A program made the position numbers and the translations under genes. From an uncultured Chloroflexia bacterium (GTDB taxonomy: Bacteria; Chloroflexota; Limnocylindria; Limnocylindrales; CSP1-4), in NCBI GenBank assembly GCA_963763775.1, contig CAVXPZ010000004.1, forward strand, positions 64,001 to 128,000: 64,000 nt of DNA, in the 5' to 3' direction. The notes beneath the pieces were generated by a model. It saw only the letters and a list, made by a program, of their open reading frames with translations, searched no databases and was not told where the DNA came from. The first letter of the stretch is position 1. Each line of letters starts with the position of its first letter. Below are positions 1 through 8,493 of the stretch, piece after piece.

Positions 1-372
1 GCGACGCTGGCGGGCGTCGTCGTCGGCGGCTCGATCCCGGACCCGAACCAGTTCGGCGTCGACGTGATCTTTCCGGCGGCCATGATCGGACTCGCCGTGG
101 GGCTGGTGACGGGCCGGCGCGAGCTGGTCGCGGCGATCGTGGGCGGCGGGATCGCCGTGGTCGTGGCGCTCCTTGTCAGTCCGTCCGTGGGGATCGTCGC
201 CGGGGGCGTCCTCGGGCCGGCGGTCGGCCTGATGGTCCCGGCGGCGGCGGCCCACGAGACGGCGCCGCTCGGGACGACGGAGAGTGCCGAACGGTACGCG
301 ATGCCGGGCACGCACCTCGAGGAGGACGAGGCGGGGCCGGGCGCGTCGCCCGGGGCCGAGGCGCCCCGATGA
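1..372 (+). CDS. azlC: AzlC-family branched-chain amino acid permease, 5' truncated by window edge
   Basis: Hydrophobic ORF open from base 1 (PDPNQFGVDVIFPAAMIGL...); overlaps the AzlD-like gene by ATGA. Confidence 0.75.
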   Translation, partial: ATLAGVVVGGSIPDPNQFGVDVIFPAAMIGLAVGLVTGRRELVAAIVGGGIAVVVALLVSPSVGIVAGGVLGPAVGLMVPAAAAHETAPLGTTESAERYAMPGTHLEEDEAGPGASPGAEAPR

Positions 373-710
373 GCACGAGCCTGATCCTGCTCGCGGTCCT
401 GATGTTCGCGGTCACCTACCCGTCACGCGCGCTCGGCCTGCTGGCACCGGCCTTCGACCGGCTGCCGCGCGGGGCCATCGACTACCTCCAGCTCGTCGGG
501 CCGGCCGTCCTCACGGCCCTGGCCGCGGTGAGCGTGATGGTGGTGACCGATGACTCGGGCGTCCCTCACTTCTACGTCGGCGTCGAGTGGATCGCGGTCC
601 TGGCGTGCCTCGCGATCACCGCGTGGCGGCGGAACCTGCTCCTCGGGTTGCTGGGCGCCATCGCGATCGTGGTGGTCGCTCGCGCGACGGGGCTTGCCGC
701 GCTGCCCTGA
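369..710 (+). CDS. azlD: AzlD-family small membrane protein
   Basis: 113 aa hydrophobic protein with VTYPSR and VGPAVLTAL motifs; coupled to azlC. Confidence 0.75.
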   Translation: MSTSLILLAVLMFAVTYPSRALGLLAPAFDRLPRGAIDYLQLVGPAVLTALAAVSVMVVTDDSGVPHFYVGVEWIAVLACLAITAWRRNLLLGLLGAIAIVVVARATGLAALP

Positions 711-1009
711 GTGCGCATATCTGTCGGGCGTGGTGAGGCCGAGGTTGTTCGGCCCTCCCCGCCTGGCGGATCGTCACCAGATGGGTGCTGTGCGCCCGAT
801 CCACGCGCCCCGACCTGGATCCGGCTCCGATCGATGCGGCACGATGCATCGAAACCGTCGGAAGGGGGCCGACGAGAACGTCCGAGCCCGCACAAGGGTC
901 ACCTGGTGAATATCTGCCAAGGATCGCGGGTCGAGCGGCCTCGCGACGGTGTCGCGTGCCGTCCCGGCCCGCCACGGCGGCGACGCCGGCCGGCCGCGGC
1001 CACCTCGGC

Positions 1010-1399
1010 TCAGCCCCGGCGGGCCTCGGCTTCGATCTCGATGAGCAGGGTCGGGTCGATCAGGGCGCTGACCTCGACGAGCGTGGCCGCCGGGCGGATG
1101 TCCCCGAAGACCTCGCCATGGACCGCGAGGACCTCCGCGGAGCGGCCGATGTCGGTCACGAACATCCGCGTGCGCACGACGTCGGTCAGCGCGAACCCGG
1201 CCTCGGCGAGCGCGGTGTCGATGATCGCGAGCGTCGCCCGGGCCTGGCTGGCCACGTCTCCGGGATGCTGCGTGCGACCGTCCGGGCCCGCATCCGTCGT
1301 GCCCGAGACCCAGCACGCGTCGCCGACGACGATCGCGCGGCTGTAGCCGGCGGCGGCCTCCCACGGGCCGCCCGAGGTGATCCGGCGCCGTTCGGTCAC
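1010..1399 (-). CDS. RidA/YjgF family protein
   Basis: PWEAAAGYSRA...VSGTT, DVVRTR, IRPAATLVEV, LIEIEAEA motifs; GTG start at 1399. Confidence 0.9.
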   Translation of the reverse strand: MTERRRITSGGPWEAAAGYSRAIVVGDACWVSGTTDAGPDGRTQHPGDVASQARATLAIIDTALAEAGFALTDVVRTRMFVTDIGRSAEVLAVHGEVFGDIRPAATLVEVSALIDPTLLIEIEAEARRG

Positions 1400-1403
1400 G
1401 CCG

Positions 1404-2648
1404 TCACGCGGTCGCGTCCCGCCAGGCGAGCACCTCGGGGTCGCGCGCGATCGAGAGCAGGAGGCCCGCCAGCAGCGCCGTCCGCGGCACGATGGAGGTG
1501 ACCTCCAGGTACTCCGAGGGCGAGTGGTCGTTGCCGCCGATCGGCCCGAGCCCATCGAGGCTTGGCACGCCCATGCCCGACGTCGTGTTCGCGTCGGAGG
1601 CGCCACCCGTCGCCGCATCGCCGATCGTGAACCCGAGCGAGCCGGCGACCGCGCTGGCGTGCTGGACGAGTCGCCCACTCCGTGCGAGCTTCTCCATCGG
1701 CCACCAGCGGGCCATCGGCTCGAACTCGACCGTGATGTCCGGCACCACCGTCGCCTCGGCGATCCGACGGACCTCCGCCTCGGCCTCCTCGAGCTCGGCC
1801 CGGGCGACGCCGCGGACATCGACCTCGAGCGAGCACCGCTCCGGGACCACGTTCGGCCGCGTCCCCCCGGCGATGACCCCGACGTTCACGGTGACCCCCG
1901 GCCAGCGTCCGTTCAGATCGTGGAGGTCCCGGACGATCCGAGCGGCCTCGAGGATCGCGTTGCGGCCCTTCTCCGGTTCGACGCCGGCGTGCGCCGCGCG
2001 ACCGTGGACGGTCATCCGCAGGTCGAGGATCCCCTTCCGCGACGACACGATGTCGCCGTTGGCGCGGGCGCACTCGAGGACGAGGCATGCGTCGACGGAG
2101 GGCGCGATCTCCCGGATGTGCGGTGTCGAGGTCGGCGAGCCGATCTCCTCGTCGGGGTTCGCGATGAAGACCAGCTGCTCGAACGGCACGCCGCCGAGCT
2201 CGCCGATGAGCGCCTTCAGCGCGTACAGCCCGGCGAGCAGCCCCGACTTCATGTCGGTGACGCCCGGCCCGCGGGCGACGCCCTCGGCGATGTGGAAGGG
2301 CCGTTCCTCGGCCGTGCCCGGGTCGAAGACCGTGTCCATGTGCCCGATCAGGAGCACGCGCGGAGCGCCCGCGCGGCCCGCGAACGTGGCGATCACGGTG
2401 TCCCCGAGGCGACCCTCGGGGTCGGGCCGGACCTCGATCGTGGCGCCGAGCTCCGCGAGGAAGCCGGCCGTCCAGCGGCCGACCTCGTTCACGCCGTCGG
2501 GCGTGTAGCTCCCGCAGTCGATGTTGACCAGCCGCTCGAGATCGCGCAGGTAGTTCGGGAGGTCCGCTTCGATGGCGGCCCGGAGCGCATCGAGCTCGGG
2601 GGTCGGGGGCGCCGGCGTCTCGCCGGCCGGGGCGGTGAGGGCGTCCAT
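1404..2648 (-). CDS. M20 metallopeptidase (carboxypeptidase G2-like)
   Basis: GHMDTVF, GPGVTDMKSG, PDEEIGS, HAG and GGASDAN motifs; ATG at 2648 within ORF 1404..4676. Confidence 0.9.
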   Translation of the reverse strand: MDALTAPAGETPAPPTPELDALRAAIEADLPNYLRDLERLVNIDCGSYTPDGVNEVGRWTAGFLAELGATIEVRPDPEGRLGDTVIATFAGRAGAPRVLLIGHMDTVFDPGTAEERPFHIAEGVARGPGVTDMKSGLLAGLYALKALIGELGGVPFEQLVFIANPDEEIGSPTSTPHIREIAPSVDACLVLECARANGDIVSSRKGILDLRMTVHGRAAHAGVEPEKGRNAILEAARIVRDLHDLNGRWPGVTVNVGVIAGGTRPNVVPERCSLEVDVRGVARAELEEAEAEVRRIAEATVVPDITVEFEPMARWWPMEKLARSGRLVQHASAVAGSLGFTIGDAATGGASDANTTSGMGVPSLDGLGPIGGNDHSPSEYLEVTSIVPRTALLAGLLLSIARDPEVLAWRDATA

Positions 2649-2655
2649 GGCGGGG

Positions 2656-2684
2656 AGTCTAGCCCGGTGCCGGCTTGCTATCCT
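2656..2684. promoter_or_regulatory. Divergent leaderless -10 elements
   Basis: TAGACT (minus, 2656-2661) lies 7 nt before the M20 ATG; TGcTATCCT (plus, hexamer 2679-2684) lies 9 nt before the GTG at 2694; no SD on either side. Confidence 0.55.
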
Positions 2685-2693
2685 GCCCGGACC

Positions 2694-4454
2694 GTGCGAC
2701 TGGTCGAGACCCGCCTGTTCGAGGGCCCCAACGTGTACCGGCTCGAGCCGGTGGTCAAGGTCGAGCTGGCCGTCGGGAAGCGGCGGACCTTCTACGGCCA
2801 GCGCGACCCGGGCCGGCATGCGCTGGTCCGCCTCGGCGCCCTGGTCCCGGCCCGCGAGTGGCCCGATGGGATCGCCGGCGTCGTGGCCTGGGTCCGCCGA
2901 CTGCGGGCGGACCACGGCGAAGGGACCGGCGGGGTCGGCGTCCACCGTTCGTCCGACCCGGGCCACTGGCTCGTGACGTTCCCGTGGCGCGGCGAGGAGC
3001 GCGCTCGGACGATCACCGACGCGGCGCTGGCCCTCGCCGAGCGCGACGTCTCGCCGTCGCGGACCGCGCGCCTGACCGGCGCGCAGGAACGCCTGCTCGA
3101 CCGGTGGACCGAGCGGATCGCGGCCGCGGGGACGGCACCGCCCACGTGGGTGCGCGACGCCGATCGACACATCCCGGTCATCTCGATCTCGGGCACGAAC
3201 GGCAAGTCCACCGTCACCCGGCTCATCAGCCACATCCTCATCGGCGCCGGACGACATGTCGGGACCACCACGTCGGACGGTGTCCTGGTCGACGAGCGGA
3301 TGGTCGACCCGGGCGACTGGACGGGTCCCGGCGGCGCGCACCAGATCCTCGGCCGCCGCGACCTCGACGTCGCCGTGCTCGAGACGGCCCGGGGTGGGAT
3401 CGTCCTGCGCGGCGTCGGCTATGAGTCGAACGAGGCCAGCGTCCTGACGAACGTCTCGTCGGACCACCTCGACCTCCAGGGGATCCACACCCTCCCCGAG
3501 CTCGCGGAGGTCAAGTCCACGATCTGCCGCATCACCAAGCGGGGCGGCTGGGTCGTGCTCAACGCGGACGACCCGCTCGTGGCGGCGGTGGCGCGACGGA
3601 CGCACGCCCACGTGGCGTTCTTCTCGATCGCCGACGAGTCCGCGGTGATCCGGCGGCATCGGGCGGCTGGCGGCCGCGCCTACGTCGTGCGGCGTGGTGT
3701 CATCGTCGAGGCAGATGGCGACCGCGAGACCGAGATCGTCGACGTCGCGCGGGTGCCGATCACCATCGGCGGCCTCGCGCGGCATAACGTCGCCAACGCC
3801 CTCGCCGCGGCCGGCGGGGCGCGCGGCCTGGGGGCGACCATCGAGCAGGTCCACGACGGGCTCGTCGACTTCGGACCGACATCGGAGCGGTCGCCGGGCC
3901 GGCTGAACCTGTACCGCCTCGGGGCCCGGGTCGTGATCGTCGACTTCGCCCACAACGAGGCCGGGATCGCCGCGGTCCTCGATGTCGCCGAGGGGATCGC
4001 CGGCGGCGCGGCCGGACGTGCCGCGCCCATCACGGCGATCATCGGCACGGCCGGCGACCGGCCGGACGACACGTTGCGCGGGATCGGGCGGATCGCCGCC
4101 CAGCGCGCGCAACGCGTCGCGATCAAGCAGACGCTGCGATACCTGCGAGGGCGGACGGCCGACTCGGTCGTCGGCGAGCTGCTGGCGGGCGTGGAGGAGG
4201 GCGGCGGCGACCCTTCGACCGTGCCGGTCTACGAGACCGAGCCCGAAGCCCTGCGAGCCGAGCTGAACGGCGCGGCCGGGCATGGGTCGGACGGCGGCCG
4301 TGTCGATGGCCCGCGGGTCGTGGTGCTGATGTGCCATGAGGACCGTGACGGCGTGTTCCGCGTGCTCGAGGAGCTCGGGGCGCGGCCCGTGGACGTCGCC
4401 TCCGAGCTGACCGAGCTGGTGCCGCGGCTGCAGACGCGGCCGCGACGCGCCTGA
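2694..4454 (+). CDS. Cyanophycin synthetase-like protein with N domain and Mur-ligase domain but no ATP-grasp domain (586 aa)
   Basis: N-terminus RLVETRLFEGPNVY..EPVVK aligns to the CphA1 N-terminus, then runs directly into IPVISISGTNGKST, ETARGG, TNVSSDHL, PGRLN, DFAHN, GDRPDD and LRGR. Confidence 0.85.
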   Translation: MRLVETRLFEGPNVYRLEPVVKVELAVGKRRTFYGQRDPGRHALVRLGALVPAREWPDGIAGVVAWVRRLRADHGEGTGGVGVHRSSDPGHWLVTFPWRGEERARTITDAALALAERDVSPSRTARLTGAQERLLDRWTERIAAAGTAPPTWVRDADRHIPVISISGTNGKSTVTRLISHILIGAGRHVGTTTSDGVLVDERMVDPGDWTGPGGAHQILGRRDLDVAVLETARGGIVLRGVGYESNEASVLTNVSSDHLDLQGIHTLPELAEVKSTICRITKRGGWVVLNADDPLVAAVARRTHAHVAFFSIADESAVIRRHRAAGGRAYVVRRGVIVEADGDRETEIVDVARVPITIGGLARHNVANALAAAGGARGLGATIEQVHDGLVDFGPTSERSPGRLNLYRLGARVVIVDFAHNEAGIAAVLDVAEGIAGGAAGRAAPITAIIGTAGDRPDDTLRGIGRIAAQRAQRVAIKQTLRYLRGRTADSVVGELLAGVEEGGGDPSTVPVYETEPEALRAELNGAAGHGSDGGRVDGPRVVVLMCHEDRDGVFRVLEELGARPVDVASELTELVPRLQTRPRRA

Positions 4455-4668
4455 CACGCGGGCCTTGCGCGGGCGTGCGCGGGCGTGCGCGGGCCGGGTA
4501 CTCCCAGTGGCAGTTCCCCGACAGGTTCCTCGTGGACTCGCGCGGAATCGACCGGTCGCCGTCGTTCCTGCCGGGCGACCACGCTCGGGCGTGCCCGAAG
4601 CGGTACTGACAGTTGCGTCGGCTGGTGGACGCGCCGCCGCGCCTGACGCGCAGGCCTTGCGCGGGCGT
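4446..4668 (+). repeat. 31-bp imperfect direct repeat bracketing a ~160-bp non-coding segment
   Basis: cgcgcctgacacgcgggccttgcgcgggcgt (4446-4476) versus cgcgcctgacgcgcaggccttgcgcgggcgt (4638-4668), 2 mismatches. Confidence 0.8.
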
Positions 4669-4746
4669 CGTCCCACGGCGCATCATCGTCGCGATGCCGG
4701 CCGGCCCCATCGGTCGACACTGGTCGGAGGGTACGAACCCGTGGAG

Positions 4747-4833
4747 ATGGCCGCTGGCGTCCTGCTGATCCTGATCTCCCTGGTGGAGATCTTCTTCGTC
4801 GTGCGGGTGGTCCAGGCGAACATGCCCCGCTGA
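4747..4833 (+). CDS. Possible 28-aa single-TM peptide
   Basis: MAAGVLLILISLVEIFFVVRVVQANMPR; host-like GC-rich third codon positions. Confidence 0.4.
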   Translation: MAAGVLLILISLVEIFFVVRVVQANMPR

Positions 4834-4859
4834 CCTCGGCCACGCCGTGGTCGACGCGC

Positions 4860-5579
4860 TCAGGCGGGGCGCGGCCACCAGGCGACGACGTCGACCCGGG
4901 ACGCGAAGCGCAGATGCGGCGGTTCGTCGGGGAGCGTGAGGCCGTGCGCTTCGGCCATCGTCTCGATCTCGAACCGGGCCGCCGCTGGTTGGAGCGGCCA
5001 CGGGGCGTGCCGGATCTCGGTGCGCAGGACCTGACCGTCGCCGTCCATCGCGAACAGGCGCCAACGCTCGGTCAGCCACGCCTCGAGTGACCCGGGCGCG
5101 GCCCGCTCGACCGGTCCTGTCGGCCGGTATCTCGTTTCGAGCCGCGCCGGCGGCCCGCGGTGGTCGATCCGCACGGACCGGTAGTCGATGACCTCACGCA
5201 CGCGTCCCGTGGACATGCGCGCCTCGTAGTACGGCAGGTGGAACGCCGTTCGGGCACCCTCGACCGCCGGGCGACTGCCCGCATCGAGGCTCAGGAACCA
5301 GACGCCCGACCGGCCTCGATATCGGACGTACGTCCGCACGTTGAGCTCAGGAAACGCGCCGGCGACCGGCGGCGCCGGCAGACCCCGGATCCCGACGTCC
5401 TCCATCCGGAACGGGACGATGCCCAGGTAGGCACGGCCCTCGAACAGGTCGAGCTCGAGCGGTTCGGGCACCACCGCCCGGATGGCCGCCGGATCGATGG
5501 GCCAGTGCGCGAAGAGCAGGTCGCGCCACCGCATCCGCATCACCCACGGCCGTCGGCCGAGGTCGGGCAGCCGTGTCAT
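4860..5579 (-). CDS. DUF2071/YqjF family protein
   Basis: MRWRDLLFAHWP, FPELNVRTYV, GVWFLSLDA, WLTERW and HAPWPLQ motifs. Confidence 0.9.
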   Translation of the reverse strand: MTRLPDLGRRPWVMRMRWRDLLFAHWPIDPAAIRAVVPEPLELDLFEGRAYLGIVPFRMEDVGIRGLPAPPVAGAFPELNVRTYVRYRGRSGVWFLSLDAGSRPAVEGARTAFHLPYYEARMSTGRVREVIDYRSVRIDHRGPPARLETRYRPTGPVERAAPGSLEAWLTERWRLFAMDGDGQVLRTEIRHAPWPLQPAAARFEIETMAEAHGLTLPDEPPHLRFASRVDVVAWWPRPA

Positions 5580-5594
5580 GGGACGACGGCGGAC

Positions 5595-8450
5595 CTAGCC
5601 TTCGGGGGCCGTGAGCTCGCCCGGGTCCGCGAACGCCGTGCCCCCGCGCGACGTGCCGGACGCCGACATGGCCTCGCGGTAGACGCCGATCGCGTCGTCG
5701 ACGCAGCAGACCACGAGGTCGCCCGGGATCGCCCGTCGGAGCGCCGCCCGGACGGCGGTCATCTCCTCGAGGACCTTGTCGGCTCGGGCGGCTCGGGCAT
5801 GTCCGGCGGCCCGGGCCTTGCGAACCCCCTCGATGACGTTCGACGCGGTCTCGCCGGGTGCCCGTCCGCGAAGGTTCTTGTCCTCGCGCACGATGATCTC
5901 GTCGAACGCGGTCGCCGCGACGGCCCCGTACTCGCGCTGGTCGTCGTCGCGCCGGTCGCCGGGGATGCCGAGGACGCCGATCGCGCGGCCGGTCCGGAGC
6001 GCCGCCCCGCTCGGGCCGATCCGCCCGGCCTTCGTGACGGGCTCCTCCATCATCCGGTTGACGAAGTCGGCGAGCTGCCGCATGCCGTCGACGTTGTGGC
6101 AGTAGTCGATGACGACGCGGACACCGCCGACGTCGAGCAGGTTCAGCCGCCCGGGCGCCTGGAAGAACGACGTCGTGAACGTCCGCAGCCCTTGGCGGAT
6201 GTCATGCAGGTGCGCGCCCGCCGACCAGGCCGCCGCGGCCGCGGCCAACGCGTTGGCGACGTTCATCCGGGCACGGCCACCGAACGTGGCCGGGATGAGG
6301 TGCGTGTACAGCACCGGCATCGTGCGCGGGCCGAGCTTGAGCACGATGAGCTCGCCCTCCGAGGACGCCTCGAGGCAGAAAGCGGCACCGCCGCGACCCG
6401 TGTGGCCATCCACGCGGTCGTAGCCGTCCTCGCCCTTCGTCATCGACATGCTGAACAGCACGACTCGTCCCGAGCAGTGCCGGCCCATGCGGTAGACATG
6501 CGAGTCGTCGGCGTTGAGGACGGCGGTGCCGGATCGCGGCACGGCCTCCACGACCACGCCCTTGACGTTCGCGAGCTGGCCGATCGAGTCGATGCCGCCG
6601 AGCCCGAGGTGGTCGCCGGTCACGTTGGTCACCACGGCGACGTCGTTGCGGTCGTAGCCGAGGCCCTCGCGCAGGATCCCGCCGCGGGCCACCTCGAAGA
6701 CCGCCGTGTCCACGGTCGGGTTCTGGAGCACGGTCTGCGCCGACTTCGGGCCGGACATGTCGCCTTTTCTGATCAGCCGGCCGTCGACGACGATGCCGTC
6801 CGTCGAGGTCATGCCGACCCGCCGGCCCATCAGCTTGAGGATGTGGGCGATCATCCGGACCGTCGTCGTCTTGCCGTTGGTGCCGGTCACCGCGACGATC
6901 GGGATCCTCGCCGACGACCCTGGCGGGAACAGGGAATCGATGACGGGGCGGGCCACGTATTGCGGCTCCCCCTCGGTCGGGTGGGTGTGCATCCGGAACC
7001 CGGGCGCCGCGTTGACCTCGACGATCGCCCCGCCGGTCTCCCGGACGGGGGTCGCGATGTCCGGACAGATGAAGTCGATGCCGGCGACGTCGAGGCCGAC
7101 GATCTGCGCCGCCGTCTCGGCGATCTCGACGTTGTCCGGGTGCGCCTCGATGGTCCGGTCGATGGACGTGCCGCCCGTCGACATGTTGCCGGTCAGCGCG
7201 AGCTTCACGCGCGTGCCCGCCGGCGGGACCGCGTCCAGGCTCAGTCCCTGGGCCGAGACGAGGGCCTCGGCCGCCTCGTCCATCTTGATCCGCGTCAGGA
7301 CCTTCTCGTGCCCGATCCCGCGACGCGGGTCCTGGTTGGCGAGGTCGACGAGCTCGCGGACGGTATGCGACCCGTCGCCGGTCACCGACGCCGGCACCCG
7401 CTCGGCGATGGCCGCCACCTTGCCACCGATCACGAGGCAGCGGTAGTCGTTGCCGGCGACGTACGTCTCGACGACCAGGTCGCCGGACCGGCTCTCGGAT
7501 CGCGCACCGTGGAAGGCGGCACGGACCGCCTCCTCGGACTGCAGGTCGAGATGGACGCCGCGGCCGTGGTTCCCGTCGAGCGGCTTCACCACGCACGGGT
7601 ACCCGAGGCGCTTGGCGGCCGCGACGGTCTCGTCCTCGGTCTCGACCACCTCGGACCGCGGCACGGGCAGGCCGGCCGAGTCGAGCAGCCGATTCGTCAG
7701 GCTCTTGTCCGACGCGATGTCGACGCCGATCGCGGAGGTCTGCGACGTCATCGTCGCGCGGATCCGCTGCTGGTGGACCCCGTGGCCGAACTGGACGAGC
7801 GAGTGCCGGTCGAGCCGGATGAACGGGATGTCGCGGCTCACCGCCTCGTCGATGAGGGCCTGCGTCGACGGCCCGAAGGCCTGTCGCTCGGCCTGGCGGA
7901 TCAGCCGTTCGAGCTCGACGGCGAAATCGAAGAAGACCTCGGGATCGTCGGGCGCGACCAGGTGGTTGACGAGGCGGACGGCCATCCGACCGGCCTCGAG
8001 GCCGACCTGCTCCTCGCGGTACTCGTAGATGCAGTTGTACTGGCCGGGCTTCCCGGCCGAGCGCGTCTTGCCGTGGCGGACATCCGTGCCCGCGAGGTTC
8101 TGGAATTCGAGCGCGACGTGCTCGGCGATGTGCCCCGCCCACGTCCCGTCGCGCAGGCGCGTGATGAAACCGCCGCGCCGGCCGAGCGAGCAGGCGTGGT
8201 CCTCGAGCGTCGGCATCAGCGCGACGAGCGCGTCGGTGAAGTTCGGGAGCTTGTTCGACGGGTAGTCCTCGAGGACGCCGAGGTCGACGAGCATCCGGAT
8301 GACGGGCTCGCGCGCCCAGTAGTTGGGACCGCGCAGGACGCGAGTCTCCAGGATCCGCAGGGTCGGGGCCGGACCCGATGTGGGCGTCCCGGCCTTCGCC
8401 ACGCGGGAACCGCCGCGCTTGGAGCGGGACGCGGGTGCGGTCTGGGCCAC
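5595..8450 (-). CDS. cphA: Cyanophycin synthetase CphA1
   Basis: N domain with Cx19HxxEH; FGPST; ATP-grasp (VKPLDGNHGRGV, NMSTGG, EVNAAPGFRMH); Mur domain (GTNGKTT, EVARGG, DYCHN); SD GAGGAG. Confidence 0.97.
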   Translation of the reverse strand: MAQTAPASRSKRGGSRVAKAGTPTSGPAPTLRILETRVLRGPNYWAREPVIRMLVDLGVLEDYPSNKLPNFTDALVALMPTLEDHACSLGRRGGFITRLRDGTWAGHIAEHVALEFQNLAGTDVRHGKTRSAGKPGQYNCIYEYREEQVGLEAGRMAVRLVNHLVAPDDPEVFFDFAVELERLIRQAERQAFGPSTQALIDEAVSRDIPFIRLDRHSLVQFGHGVHQQRIRATMTSQTSAIGVDIASDKSLTNRLLDSAGLPVPRSEVVETEDETVAAAKRLGYPCVVKPLDGNHGRGVHLDLQSEEAVRAAFHGARSESRSGDLVVETYVAGNDYRCLVIGGKVAAIAERVPASVTGDGSHTVRELVDLANQDPRRGIGHEKVLTRIKMDEAAEALVSAQGLSLDAVPPAGTRVKLALTGNMSTGGTSIDRTIEAHPDNVEIAETAAQIVGLDVAGIDFICPDIATPVRETGGAIVEVNAAPGFRMHTHPTEGEPQYVARPVIDSLFPPGSSARIPIVAVTGTNGKTTTVRMIAHILKLMGRRVGMTSTDGIVVDGRLIRKGDMSGPKSAQTVLQNPTVDTAVFEVARGGILREGLGYDRNDVAVVTNVTGDHLGLGGIDSIGQLANVKGVVVEAVPRSGTAVLNADDSHVYRMGRHCSGRVVLFSMSMTKGEDGYDRVDGHTGRGGAAFCLEASSEGELIVLKLGPRTMPVLYTHLIPATFGGRARMNVANALAAAAAAWSAGAHLHDIRQGLRTFTTSFFQAPGRLNLLDVGGVRVVIDYCHNVDGMRQLADFVNRMMEEPVTKAGRIGPSGAALRTGRAIGVLGIPGDRRDDDQREYGAVAATAFDEIIVREDKNLRGRAPGETASNVIEGVRKARAAGHARAARADKVLEEMTAVRAALRRAIPGDLVVCCVDDAIGVYREAMSASGTSRGGTAFADPGELTAPEG

Positions 8451-8493
8451 GGGAGTCCTCCTCGGTCGGCGGCGGCGGCCGCCCGGATCGGTC

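Noticed and set aside
1377-2693. N-terminal 440 aa of ORF 1377..4454 as a replacement for the missing ATP-grasp domain
   Set aside because: It is the antisense of the M20 gene; the CphA-like N-terminus and a -10 box place the real start at 2694.
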